Assembly (NCBI GenBank): GCA_009602735.1
Contig: WELA01003518.1
Span: 1-43,409, forward strand
Direction: 5' to 3'
From: Mesotaenium endlicherianum
Lineage: Eukaryota
DNA: 43,409 nucleotides
This document shows, in pieces, positions 19,818-37,753 of this stretch. The notes below the pieces were generated by a model, which saw only the letters and a list, made by a program, of their open reading frames with translations, was not told the origin of the DNA and ran no database searches. The position numbers and the translations under genes were made by a program. Numbering within the stretch: position 1 is the stretch's first letter; each line of letters opens with the position of its first letter.

Positions 19818-22800
19818 ATGAACGTTACTACTAACTTGGCACGGGCCAAAGTGCTACGCTGCCATCTAGGGGTTGCTAGAACAAGCTCTTCAGCAGCATG
19901 GAGTCGCTGGACCTTGCAGTCGGGTCGTTCTTCGTATTCGACTTCAAATAGTAGGCTATGCGTTTCACTAAACTTTTTCTCCGGCATGCATACAAGAAAT
20001 AAGTGCTCACTGCAACATGTGGACTCTCTGGCAGCAGTAGCAGCAGCTATCGCATCAGAGCTGTGCTCCGGCTGATTAGAATCTCAGGCCCTGGTTGAAC
20101 GGCAGGCAATCCTACTCCGGGAGAGTCACACATTGGGGAGCGTACTGAGCTGGACAGCAGCAAGAGCAGTGACCTGGCCAACACAGAAGGTGCAAGTCTT
20201 CCTCTGGCGCAGAGGTGCAAGGTACTGATGAACCATCCCGAGGGTCACCCCATAATTCCTGCACAACGTTTCTGTTCTCGTTAGGAGCTTATGGTGTTCC
20301 CGTCTCATGCACATCCCAGGCCCCACTCTAGCTTGCCAACTGCTAGCGTAAGCGCAACCCACAAAGTAGGGGATGGTGCGAGGTGAAGGAAGCTGATCAG
20401 ATATGGGACTGGGTAGGCGGCATGGATGAGGGAGATGAAGCAAGGTGCAAAGCGTCAGTGCAGCTCTTGGTGCAGCGAGAAGTGGAGTGAAGGTTGAAGG
20501 TACATCGAGTCACAGGTGGCCGTCACGTTCACGTTGAGCCACGTAGTCCTTTCACACGGGCGTGATGGGTTGCACTTGAAATCGCTCGTGAAGGCAGCCT
20601 GCCCCCCCCCCCCCCGAGATTACTTGGCCCCCTTTGAGGCAGCTGAGCTCCTTTCCAAGCAGCTTGGGGAGCTTGGCTCCCTTCAGCGAGCCTGGCCCTT
20701 TCAGGAAGCGGGGCCTCCTTCGGAGCCCTTGGCTCCCTCGAAGGGTGCTTGGCTCTCGTCAGGGGGCTTGGCCCCCTCTCAGGGAAGCCGGGGCTCTCTT
20801 CAAGGGAGAGTTAAGATGGTGAAGAAATGGAGCAGAGTGGGTGCTACCGTCCAGATGTTTGTTTCGTGGTGAGCTCACATGCTCTACTTCCTCCGCTGCT
20901 GCTGCTGCTGCTGCTGCTGGGAGGGTTGGGGGGCTGGGCTGGGGTTGAGGGTTCTGCTGCAGAACCTGCTGGTGTCCAACTGGAGGGGACAGCTCAACAC
21001 GGTGAAGGCGGGCAGTGACAAGAAGTGAGCCTCTCCACACCTCCCTCACCTCGCCCACCAGGAAACCCTGTGTGCCTTTAACCCGCTCTAAGAATCTGTG
21101 CCTTAAATCCTGTGCTCTGAGGATCTGTCTCTTAAACCCTGCTTTCAAAATCTGCATGCCTCTTAACCCTAAGCTAAGATCCCTATTGTACCCCTTAAAC
21201 CCTCCTCGTAGAACCCCTGTGCTTGACGCTGTGCGCCTCCCTGTGCGAGGCTGCCTGCTGAGCTGGCAGGCATCATCAGCGACACCAGCAACGCCGGATG
21301 CACGTGTGGCGCCACCAGAGGTGCAGCTGCTTAATCGTCATCTGGGCTGTGCTCTGTTAAGATTAGGTCGGGCACGAGCAACCCTAGGGCCTTGCGGCTG
21401 ACCCTGAGGTTTTGCCAGCGTGGCGCTTTTTTCATCCGTCGCCTCTACGCAGAGGGCCGTCTCCTCTTGCGCCCCTCAAGAGGCAATAACATGAGCAAGG
21501 CACTGGGATTTTCGAAGAATATCCCAAAAGTTTGTCGGGGGACCGTGTGCAATCGTGCCTCGTGGGGCGGCCGGCAGAGGGGCCTGTGTGTGGTACACGA
21601 TGAAGAGGGCACAGCTCCGCCACGTGGCAGCCCGCGTGCCCACTTCGTGACGGGCTGACTACATACGCTGCCGGGTGACTGAGGGGACTGGCATAGACGG
21701 GGGAGGGGGGGNNNNNNNNNNNNNNNNNNNNNNNNNNNNNNNNNNNNNNNNNNNNNNNNNNNNNNNNNNNNNNNNNNNNNNNNNNNNNNNNNNNNNNNNN
21801 NGGGGGGGGGGCAGGGACGCGGCCAGCGTGCACAGCTCGGTGGTGGAGTACACGCTGCTCGATGGCAAGCCCCTCGTGTGGCTGCCCCCCAAGGACCAGC
21901 ACCAGCTGGTGCGCATGCTGCTGCTGCTGCTGGTGCTGCTGCTGCTGCTGACGATGATGATGACGACGATGATAACGACGATTTTGATGATGATGATAAT
22001 GGTGACGGCGATGATGTGATGATGATGATGCGATGATGGCAGTGATGATGATGATATACAGGCTCTCGAAGAGTCACAGGTCCCCTTTGGCTGCCATAAT
22101 GCGCCTTATGTAGACATCTGAAGCACGTCTAGGGTTCTGGGTTTGAATTTTAAGGGGTTGGGGTGTCGGGGTTGAGGGGGGCTTGGGATGGGGGGTCCCT
22201 CCTCCCCCCTCTGAGTCGCTGAATTTATACAACGGGGTGCACAAGCGCACGCGTTCGCCTGCTCTGTCTGGCCAGCCAGGCTGACCTGGCATGGTGCTGT
22301 GGGATGCGGGCGGCGGTATAAGAAGCAGCAGGTACACGTGGCCCATGCCTGCACACACGCGCGTGTGATGTGACACGCGTGTGGCGTGCGAGCCCTGACC
22401 GGGAGGGAGAGAGGGAGAGAGGGAGGTAATGCTGCTGCTGCTTCGCACGCTCGCTTGCTCGCTTGCTCTAGAAGAGCTCAACTGTGGCTGAGACTGCCAC
22501 GTGTCAAGCACAGGGGACAGGGGGGTTCGCACCGGAGCTTATGTTCAGAGAGCTCGAGCAGCAAAAACAGGCGGGTGTGGGTGCAAGCGCCGCAAGTGAC
22601 GATAATGAACGGCGTCGTGTGTGGAGATCATGCAAGAGGGCTGGGTTCGTTTGGGGGCGGATTCCGGAGTTTGGGGCCTTTAAAATACTTATGATTTCGT
22701 TTGGCGGTGGGGGGCCGTGCATGCAGAACATAATGCTGGACGACCGGGGCTCGCTGCTGGTGGGCCAGACGGACCCGCCCCCTCTTGTCAAGATCTTCCG

Positions 22801-23058
22801 CCACGCCCAGAAGGTGCGTGCGCGCGCGTGTGTGTGTCGGCATGTGTGTGTGGGCGTGTGTGTGCGTGTGCGTGTGAGTGGGTGTGTGCGTGCAAGCGCG
22901 CAGTGCAGTGCAGTGCAGTGCAGTGCGGCCTTGCCGGCTGTGCTGGGAGCAGCTGCAGCTCCCCCTCTCGTGCTGGCTTGCTGATTGCCGCAGCGCTGCT
23001 GCTGTGCTCAAGCAGCAGATGCCTGCGCGCGCGCGCGTATGTGTGCGTGTGTGTGCGC

Positions 23059-23092
<34 letters not shown>

Positions 23093-25256
23093 ATGTGTCT
23101 GTGTATGTGTGTGTATATGCATGTGTGCATGGGTGTGAGCATTTGCGTGTGTGTTTGCATTGTGGGGGCGTGCAGGTGCCGCCAAGAGTGATCCTCCTGG
23201 CGGACCTCGTGCGAGTGGACCCGTCAGAGGTGAGAGTGCCGCTGCCCTCTGCCCGGCGTTGAAGTCCAGCCCGTGTGCTCTGCTTGGGCCCCCACCGCGC
23301 TGCTGCTGCTATTGCTGCTATAGCTGCTGCTGCTGCTGTTGCTCCTGCTGGTGCTGGTGCTGGTGCTGGTGCTGGTGCTGGTGCTATAGTTGCTGCTGCT
23401 GCCTGCTGCCTCTGCTGCTGCTTCTGCTATCGCTGCTGCTCAGAGCAGAGCATAGCATCTCTATGTAGACACCAACACATCGTCACAGAGTAGGGACAGA
23501 GAGTGAAAGGAACTTGCACATGCCGCGTGCCGGGGGAGGGTTTGTGGGCGGTTTGTTTTGCGGGAGGGGGCGGACATCAGGCAGAGTACATGCGGCGGCG
23601 GCTGCGCAAGCTGGCGGAAGCGTCCTCCCTGGCCGTGGAGCAGGCGGGGGCCGCCACGAGGAGGGTGCTGGCGGCGGGCGGCCCCGCGGTGAGTGAGCGC
23701 GTGGAGGCTCTCGTGGGGCTGGCCGACGCCGTCCCCGACTTCGCGGCCTACCGCCTCTACTCTAGGTGCGCGCGCACTCGCCGCTCGACGCACGCACGCG
23801 CGCATGCACGCACGCACGCGCGTGTTCACGCGTTTCCGAGTGCCCGGCCCATTGCTTTTGCTGCGTGCACCCGCTGCAGGTGCGTGGGCATGCGTGCGCG
23901 CATGCAATCACGCGTGCGCTTGCTCGATGTACGCGCTCGTGACACGCTTGCCTCAGGGGACGACATATCATTGCCTCTGCTGCAGGCGCACGCACACTCG
24001 CTGAATGCGCCTGCGCTCGGGTGCTTGTTTGCGGAAGGGTATGTGCATTGGGGCGCGTTTGTTCAGCTCCTCTGCCGCTCCTCTCTTCCGGTGCCTCTTG
24101 CTACAGATGCATGACCCTCCCCCACCACGGCCCGCTGGCTCAGCTTCCCCGTGCGCACGCGGCGGGTTGCGGTGGGCTGTGATGAGGTGTCCCGTCGGTG
24201 TGCTGGGCTGCACCTTCATGTCCTGTCATTCCATGGGGTGTGGTGCCGTGCAGAGTCAAGTGGTGGAAAGTGGAGGGGTGGCAAATGGGGTACTAATGGG
24301 GTGTTGAATGGCGTGGATTAGTGCAGAGTAAAGTGGTGGGAAGGGGAGTGGTGTTGACACGTCGAGTGGAGGGACGGGGAGTGCAGGGGAGGGGAGTGGG
24401 GTGGTGGCCGATGAGGGGTGCGGTGCACTGTGCGGTGTGGGATCGCATCTTCCCCGCAGAGAGCGAGCACGGGTGCGCGCACAGGCGCAGATCTCGCCTC
24501 GCCGATGCGGGGGGAGCTACTCATTGGCCATGCTTGCTTGCGCTCGCATCTTTCTCTCTTTTTGGGGAGGGGGGGGGGGGNNNNNNNNNNNNNNNNNNNN
24601 NNNNNNNNNNNNNNNNNNNNNNNNNNNNNNNNNNNNNNNNNNNNNNNNNNNNNNNNNNNNNNNNNNNNNNNNNNNNNNNNNNNNNNNNNNNNNNNNNNNN
24701 NNNNNNNNNNNNNNNNNNNNNNNNNNNNNNNNNNNNNNNNNNNNNNNNNNNNNNNNNNNNNNNNNNNNNNNNNNNNNNNNNNNNNNNNNNNNNNNNNNNN
24801 NNNNNNNNNNNNNNNNNNNNNNNNNNNNNNNNNNNNNNNNNNNNNNNNNNNNNNNNNNNNNNNNNNNNNNNNNNNNNNNNNNNNNNNNNNNNNNNNNNNN
24901 NNNNNNNNNNNNNNNNNNNNNNNNNNNNNNNNNNGGGGGGGGGGGGGGGGGCTGCGGCAGGTCGTGCAACTTCGTGGAAGCTGCGGCCAAGCATGCGGTG
25001 GCTGTGGGAGAGATGGCGGGCGCTGCTCCCGACCCCCTTGGTGCTTTTTTCCCCCTCCTCCTTCTCTTCCTTTCTGCCTGCCTGCCTGCGTCCCTACCCG
25101 CCTGCCCGCCCGCCCGCCTGCCTGCCTGCCCTCCCTTCCTCCCATATCCTTCCCTCCGCTCTCTCTGAGGAAATAATTGCCCCCTCTGCAAAAGCTCAAG
25201 AGCCCCAAGTTGGAGCACTGAGGGACTTTTTGAGAAGTGCTGCTGGGATCTATCAA

Positions 25257-25292
<36 letters not shown>

Positions 25293-27127
25293 TTACACAC
25301 ACATACATGCATATACCTCTACTTTCCTGACCATCTCCCTGCTCTCCCTATCCCTCTGTATCAACCTAATAACCAGTCCACTCATCCATGCATCCATCAA
25401 CTGCCATGAAATGGGTCTGCGCGTGCCCTTATCTCGGGGGGCGCAAGTGTTTTAACTGAACTAGTTGGCTCTCTCGGGGTGCCACCATCTCATGGCTCCA
25501 CGTCCACATTGGAATCACAGACGGGGATGTTGAAGGGGATGAAGACAGAGACTGTGTGAGCGCCCGGAATTGGTAGGACGTTTTCTACTCGCAGGTCGAC
25601 TTATTAGGGTTGATGAGCCAATTAGGGTTGATGAGCCCCCCTTCTGGTGTTTGAAACAGTGCCGGGTCAGGCAGGCCGCGAGTATGACAGGGAGGGAACC
25701 CCGGCGAGTAGGATTATTGGGGTCCTACTCCCCGGTCCTGCGTCGTACACATCGTTGAGAGTCGAGACTGTGATGGAGACTGTCTCGCAGACTGTCTCTG
25801 AGACGGAGGCGGAGATGGGGACGGCGACGAGGATATGAGTCAAAGACGGGGACTGTCTTGGGGACAGAGAGGGGGACGATTAGAGACGGAGGTGGGACTG
25901 TTTCGGAGCTGGAGAGGAGACAGAGACTGAGTCTGTGACGGAGAGGGAGGCGGAGTCGGAGGCGGAGGTGGTGACAGCGACGGTTGCGGTCCTCGTCTGC
26001 GTGTGCGTGCTGTGGGGAGCCGCAGCGGTGATACAGGTGGCGCTGCTTGAGGGCCTCAACCGCAGCCCCGCCCATCGCCGCGCGTTTGTCATGTTCTGCG
26101 CCGCCCACATGCGCACCCACGCCGAGGTTTGTCCTGATCCAGACAGCCGTGGCACCCAAAATGCCGTCACATCTCTTCTGATTGCCGCTCGCTCGCACTT
26201 ATGATGTATGTATATATGCACATGCTTATGTATATCTGTGTGAAGATATATGTGTGTATGTGTGGATGTGCGTGTGTGAACATATGCACTACATCTATAC
26301 ATACATATGTGTATGTATAATCTCAGAGGCTCTGGACTCGTTGCTCTCATTTGCCTGCTGGCCCTCTCTCACTGCCAGATGCTTTTGGAACCGCTGTCAT
26401 CATTCTGAGGAGCAAGCATTGGATGCGTGCGCCAGTGTGTTCATGTATGGGGGTATAGTGCACACGCGGGCGTGCTGAAATGCTCGTCCCTATGTTGTGC
26501 TTTTGAATCTAGGGGCTGGTTGGAAGTGGTCACTGTGCTGATTTCAAAGAGCTCGTGTGCGCCCATTGACCGAGTCTGCTCTTCTCGTGTTTGCGGCGCT
26601 TGTTCGACGCTGCCATCCAATGCTGCATGCAAGAGACTCCTCTTTGCTTTCGCAACAGAGCGCAGTGAAATACTCAGTCGGGTTCAAAAGCTGCTGCCAT
26701 TTGCTCTGATGTTTCTGCTGCGCTGCTCAGGTCATCTGCACCTTGTTCAATGTTACTTCCCTGTGTGCGCTCCCGCGCCTGCATGGCCAATTGCTCCCAA
26801 CCCCCCTCGCAAGTATGGGAGAGTAGTGGTCATGATTGCAATCATCGTTCTCTATGCTGACGGGGCTGCTTTATTAAACGCAGTCGGCCTCACCTGAGCC
26901 ATAGAGATGTTGCGGTTGTGTTGCAGGACGCGTTCATCTATTCTGCCGACAGGTGGGGATTCAACCTGCTTGCAAACATTGTCCTAGAGGGGGAGGAGGG
27001 CTCTGCGCAGTGGAAGGAGTATCGTTTCGGCTTCCAGAGTGAAGTTCGCGACGCCGAGGGGTTTTGCCTTGTCCTTGAAGAGATGGAAAAGGAAATTGGT
27101 GCAGCCGTTAGTGAGGATAAGCAATGA
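19818..27127 (+). CDS. At3g04020-like protein (FMN-binding split-barrel / GluTR-binding-protein-related fold); exons 19818-19950, 20106-20221, 20963-21024, 21815-21908, 22727-22813, 23176-23229, 23581-23765, 24961-25040, 26026-26126, 26927-27127
   Basis: Ten GT-AG exons join in phase: LPLAQRCK|NLLVSNWRGQLNTVKA|..VEYTLLDGKPLVWLP|NIMLDDRGSL|PPRVILLADLV|..|SCNFVE..PDPL|LLEGLNRSPAHRRAFVMFC|DAFIYSADRWGFNLL..QWKEYRFGF..FCLVLEEME. This is colinear with the plant family as I recall it (LAEKCK.ILASNWQG.LNTIKA ... QWKEFRF). Exons 1-2 are less certain. Confidence 0.8.
20623..20810. repeat. Degenerate minisatellite of about 20 bp (TTGGCYCCYTYCAG..), about 8 units, intronic
   Basis: Recurring units: TTGGCCCCCTTTGAG, TTGGCTCCCTTCAG, TGGCCCTTTCAG, TTGGCTCCCTCGAAG, TTGGCTCTCGTCAG, TTGGCCCCCTCTCAG. 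Confidence 0.65.
22814..23165 (+). repeat. (TG)n/(CG)n/(CAGTG)n microsatellite-rich intron
   Basis: The intron consists largely of GTGT and GCGC runs plus CAGTG units. Confidence 0.85.
25757..25985. repeat. Degenerate hexamer-period repeat (GAGACT/GAGACG/GAGGCG), intronic
   Basis: Six-base periodicity, e.g. GAGAGTCGAGACTGTGATGGAGACTGTCTCGCAGACTGTCTCTGAGACGGAGGCGGAGATG. Confidence 0.7.
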
Positions 27128-29193
27128 GCAATTTATTTGAAGTCAACAACATAAAATCTTGGCTGATAAGGTAGTTTTATTGAAAGCATGGAGGCCTACT
27201 ATGTCACGTGAGAGTCCTGCAGGGAGATTGTGAGGCCGCACAATTGTTTCGTTCACATCTTGATACGTGTTCTGTTGCTGTAAAAGAAATGTTGGTTCTT
27301 AAGCTTCGTTAAGAAATCACTATGCCCAAGGTTTTACTAAATAAAATGCGAAAGAGATATGTTTGGTGCCCCTATCTCGTGACCCTTACGTATGTAGGCA
27401 ACATATGCATGGGCACGTCAAGTGATGGTGGTCGTACTGGATTAAACATTTAAAGATACTCGTACGCTGAACAATCAATTCACACATGAAGCCACCTCAA
27501 AGCAGGTGCATCACGTCCAACTTGCAAACAGTGACAAACCAGAGACCCCTCCTCCCCTTCCTCTCTCCTTGCGATCCTCCCTTGGGATGCAATATATCTA
27601 TGGGCATGTCTGGTGAATTACATTTGTAAGAAACACCAAGGTTGTTGTCAAATTATATTGTCATAATCCGTACATTATATGTGCCACTTTTCGGGATTTA
27701 GAGAATTTAATTCCATATTGCGTCTTAAGTCTCCCATCATATGTGTTATTTTGGATGTTACTAGTTCGTTTCAATGACGGCAACGTAATCTAAAGGAGAG
27801 AAAAAATAAATGGGATGAACTTGCAACGGGATTCGCAAGAAAGACGGCAAGTGAAGTGAAGTTCGAGTATAAGCGGTACACAAGATTAAGTGAATACATT
27901 TACGCAATTATGTTTTCACGTTTTTAGAATGGCCTCATTACGTGGCGATAGGTTTGAGACAGAGTCAAAGGCTGTCAAACCTCGAAAACTTACAATTTTC
28001 GCTGTGAACCACCCGATTACGAAACCAGACGTTTCAACAAACAAAACGAATGGCCACGATTGGAGACTGCCAACTGTCACCGCGGTGACCCACGAGGTTG
28101 CGCACGAGGTACACACGAAGGAAAGGCATAGTAGCTTCATGCAGCTTCATGGGCAAAAGAGGAGACGACTGACGGAAAGTAAACCAATCCAATCTAAACG
28201 CAATAGAGAACTTTTGTACAGATGACACTTGGTCACTCCTGCCCGTCACGAGCTCCTCCATCCTGACCACAGGCTGCCAACCTGGGGAAACTCGAGCTCA
28301 AGCTCGGGACTTGGTCGTAATATATAGACTTACAAGCTCGTCGATGATTCGAGAGATGGGAGTATACGGAACTGGCTTAAGTCAGCCGGAATTCCAGCTA
28401 CAGATATCGTTATGTGAGGGTATCCAGCACATCTAAGTGGAAGATAGGGGAAATCTATATTAAGTAAAAAAATTTGTAGAGCTTTTGAGTACGTCCCCCC
28501 CTCAAATTTGGCATAAAACTTTAAGGTAATCAATCACCAGCAATTAAGTGATCAGTACCAAAGTTTTATGACCTCAGCATAAACAAAAGCTTTCTATGGG
28601 GAAATAGTATGTACAAATATTTTTGAAGGAGGGACCGCAGCACCAGCTGGACTTACATTAATTTCTGTACGATTTCCAGATTTGTCGTGTCCTCAAGAAG
28701 CAACTATGAAAGAGACTTCCTGACGTGATATGACAACTGTTAAAGCTTAAGTCAGCCAGATTGTGGACCCTTAGATGCAGTGCTCTTGCTCAACGGCACC
28801 TTTTAGAGCTGGGGAAAGGGCATCGCACACTGGCCTCCAGAAGGCCCGAAAACCTCACCCGGCTAGAGCTGGGAAATACCATGCCACCAATGGTGACTGT
28901 CCAGCAACGATAGTGGATACTATGCGTCAATTCGAGCCAGTACAATAGTGACACACAATAAAAGACGTGGAGAAGCAGTCATTCTCTGGATGTAGCAACC
29001 CAACAGAGACTTGCAAGCCTCACCGGTCCGTCCACTGGGTGAAGGGAATACAGACAGCGTTACTTTCTACAGCTGTCTTTGCCTTCTACACTTTCTTCAT
29101 GAAACGCTAGGGCAAGCGCTGTGGCAGACACCAGCATAGGCCATAATGTTGAAGGTGGCATTAGTTTGGATACTTGGAAAGATAGAAAAAGAC

Positions 29194-30741
29194 ATGGATT
29201 CTCTGAAATCAATGCTAGGCCGTGTATTTTTTGAGAGTAAAAGGTCCAACAGAGGACATAGGAAGCACTTCTGTATGACTTGCAAAAAAGCGTACAGTAG
29301 CGACGAATATGTGTCTCACTCGGGGCATGACTCTCTGGAGGTGCACAGGCACCTCGAGAACGACGTGCTAAGGACAACAGACATCAAGCACCTAAAAGTA
29401 CAAGATATACAAGTAAGTGTTCCCACTCATGAGCTTGTGTCTGCTGCTGAATTGCAATCATCAATGATAACACCAAGAAGTACACGTTAATGTGTTCTCA
29501 CTATGCTTAGCAATAAGATCTTCTGTGAAAACTGGCTGTGCGACATTCAAGTCATATATTGGCTTACACTATTGCAAGTGTGTCAAATGCAGAAATTTAC
29601 AGCAACCGACAAGGTTGTAGTCTTTTTAAGGCCTCCTCCGGGCTCAAGGAGAACAGGGAAGTCAAGATGCAGAGCTTGTTCCAAGCTGTTACGGGAAGAA
29701 GCCTACAACTTTTGCTGCCTGCAATGCAAAGTAAGAATCAAGACTACATTGATTTTTGCTCACTCTGACAGCATTAACTTTTGAAGCGTGTCTATGCGCC
29801 TAGTCTGAAATGATAGCATCAGTAGAGAGCAAGTCGCCACAATGGTGAAACTTTCATTCAAGTATACAAGAGCCTCGCTGCCTGTATTTGAAGAGCGTGT
29901 TCACTACTTGCAACATAACGTCTTGATTTTGCAATGACATCCCTGCAGGTTCGCATTGTAGGGGAGAAGATACTGCAATGTGCTAAGAAGCAGAGGACTG
30001 TGTTGAAGATTTCGAAGAGCCTCAAAAGAGCCAATCCTCCCTTGGTAGCATGGGGGGCCCATGAGAAGCGCTCCGAGCGCCCTGCTAGAAGATGTGCTCC
30101 AGTGTGGAGAGGTGTTGCAGCAGCAGCAGAAGGACCAGCAGCTGCTGCAGCTTCTGATCCTTCAACTCCGCCGTCCTTAGTTAGTGAGGTGAGTAGTTTC
30201 CTTTTGCAGACCATGCCAGGTCTTCTGGTCATTTCAAGATAGAGTCGGTGCCATGTGGCAAGGTAGTTATCAATGTGCACACTTCATAGGCATAAGCGAC
30301 TTATGCATGTCACATTGAATTTTTGGGGTGAAATATTGATTGCAGGCCTGCAATTCTGGAGAAGACATGTCGCACAGGAGTTATCAGAAAAGGAAGAGAG
30401 ACGAACCAACTAGCCAGGCCCCATACCCACCTTCCCCATCCTTCAGGCGCAGGCTGCAGCCAACTGAAATGGCTGGCCCATCCAAGCGAAAGCTGGGGTT
30501 TTCACCTGCCGAGGCATGTAGGCCCAAGAAGGCACGCACAGCCGCAGCACAATCAGCAGCAGCAGCACCACCAGCTGCCCTTGCTGATGATTTTATGCCT
30601 CCAGCTCCCAGACGTGAAGCCGGCAGTCCCATGGTGGGACTTCCAGGTTTGGGTACTCCTTCTCCCTGGCAGAATCTCCTTGCGGTGATTGATTCCGAGT
30701 ACTTGAAGCTTGGGCTTTCGACAGCAGTGGCTGCCGTGTGA
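29194..30741 (+). CDS. Divergent PLATZ-family zinc-binding DNA-binding protein, about 330 aa; exons 29194-29412, 29593-29730, 29949-30188, 30346-30741 (alternative ATG at 29146)
   Basis: Four phase-0 GT-AG exons give FF..FCMTC..HSGHDSLEVHRHLENDVLRTTDI..DIQ|KF...VVFLRP..CRACSKLLREEAYNFCCLQCK. This matches the PLATZ layout (H-x2-H, DVIR, VVFL, C-x2-C-x11-C-x3-C), followed by a basic, Pro/Ala-rich tail with KRKR and RPKK NLS-like motifs. Confidence 0.8.
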
Positions 30742-31496
30742 CAGCCCCCTGGCTGATCTTGGTCCTCATCAACGCTGTAATTATGAAGCTATTTAATGTT
30801 CGATTTGGTACATTTGCACGAGTCTCTGTAAGGCATCCTGGACATTAATTTATGTCCGCATTTCAAAGTAGCTAAGGATGGAGGGTAGCAGCCTCAGAGT
30901 TTCAGGAGGTGTGGTCTGCGGGCCTTTGAACCTACCACATGATATTTTATTGCCATAATGCATAGATTTCATTACTCTGCTGGCTTTGTCACCGTGATGT
31001 AAATGTTGTTGATATTTTTTAATGCCCTGTTAATCTTTTATATGGCAGTTGCATGTGATTGATAGTAGCATGATCCATGCAGCTTCAAAGATGTGATGAT
31101 CTAGCTTCGTTCGCCTGAAGGTGACCTGACCTTTGATCACATGGATGGCAGAGTGCAAGTGCTCATTAACTTGCTTCATGAAACTCTTGGCATTGCCTAT
31201 AGTGCTTGGCACTTCTATTATGCAATGTTGCGCATATTTCGGGTGAAATTTGAGAAACTGGAGTTGCAAATAAACATAGAAGCTGCCTGTTGTGCAGGAG
31301 CGCAAGCTTCCTTAAACTTGTAGCTTAGTCAATTCATGAAGTAGATCCATGTCTTGCATGCTCTATTGTGATTGTTTCATGCTACATTAAACGGGAAGAC
31401 TTTATGAAAAATCTGGCCACAGACAAAACAAAAGGCAGTGGTAAATATGGCCTAGGGGCACAAATGCCACCACTCAGTTTTGCGAGATACCCTTTT

Positions 31497-31642
31497 ATGT
31501 GGTTAAAATGGTCTATATATCTTTGTCCCATCTTATGCTCCATCGACACTGGCACACTAATGTGGTTAAAAATGGTCTATATATCCTTGTCCCATCTTAT
31601 GCTCCATCAACACTGGCGCACTAATCAATGGCCAAAAATGGT
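31497..31642. repeat. Tandem duplication of about 63 bp (2 copies plus a partial third)
   Basis: ATGTGGTTAAAATGGTCTATATATCTTTGTCCCATCTTATGCTCCATCGACACTGGCACACTA is followed directly by a near-identical copy, then a degenerate start. Confidence 0.9.
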
Positions 31643-32202
31643 CGAAGTAAGCTGGTGGCCAGATAAAACAATTCGCTATTTATCCAGATCATTCCCATTC
31701 ATCAGACCTATTTCTTGATGTGAAGGTAACCTTGTATATAGTTGCACAAGCTGCTGGCATTCCCAATTCAATCTAAGATACAAAAAGTACAAAAGCCAAA
31801 CTGCTTGTAAAGTAGATTTGTTACAGAAATCACCAGACTGAGGTGGGGTAATAGCAGTGTACAAAACATGTGACTAACCTTGTCCTCATGGCGGATACTA
31901 TGCCTGTGTGCCTAAAATTGCCAACTTAATGTATAATTTTACAGCAATATACATCATAAATCCTCCATTACCCACACAAATAGGTAGAACATTCACACCC
32001 TTCTGGAAGGGACAAGCTTTTGCAGCACTCATCTTTTCATACTACTAGTCTTCCAAGGCCACACACAACTTCCAATTGGAGCAACACCTATACCTGCAGT
32101 ATACTAGGCCACATGCATGTCTGCCTATACCAGACATGCACGAGGCTTGCACAAATCTATATCATCATCTGAAACATTACATTAAGTTGCCACACTCCCA
32201 GC

Positions 32203-37753
<5,551 letters not shown>

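Noticed and set aside
24318..25409. Long ORFs spanning N gaps (also 11671-12692 and 39919-40341)
   Set aside because: Their length is an artefact of Ns translating without stops.
28800..28880. TTTTAGAGCTGGGGAAA and CTAGAGCTGGGAAATAC resemble a Cas9 repeat or sgRNA start
   Set aside because: Only two short imperfect copies, no spacer array or cas genes, and a eukaryotic context; most likely coincidence or a local duplication.
27362..31465. TTTGGTGCCCCTA and TAGGGGCACAAA as terminal inverted repeats around the PLATZ island
   Set aside because: Only a 9-bp perfect match, no extension and no target-site duplication; expected by chance over this distance.
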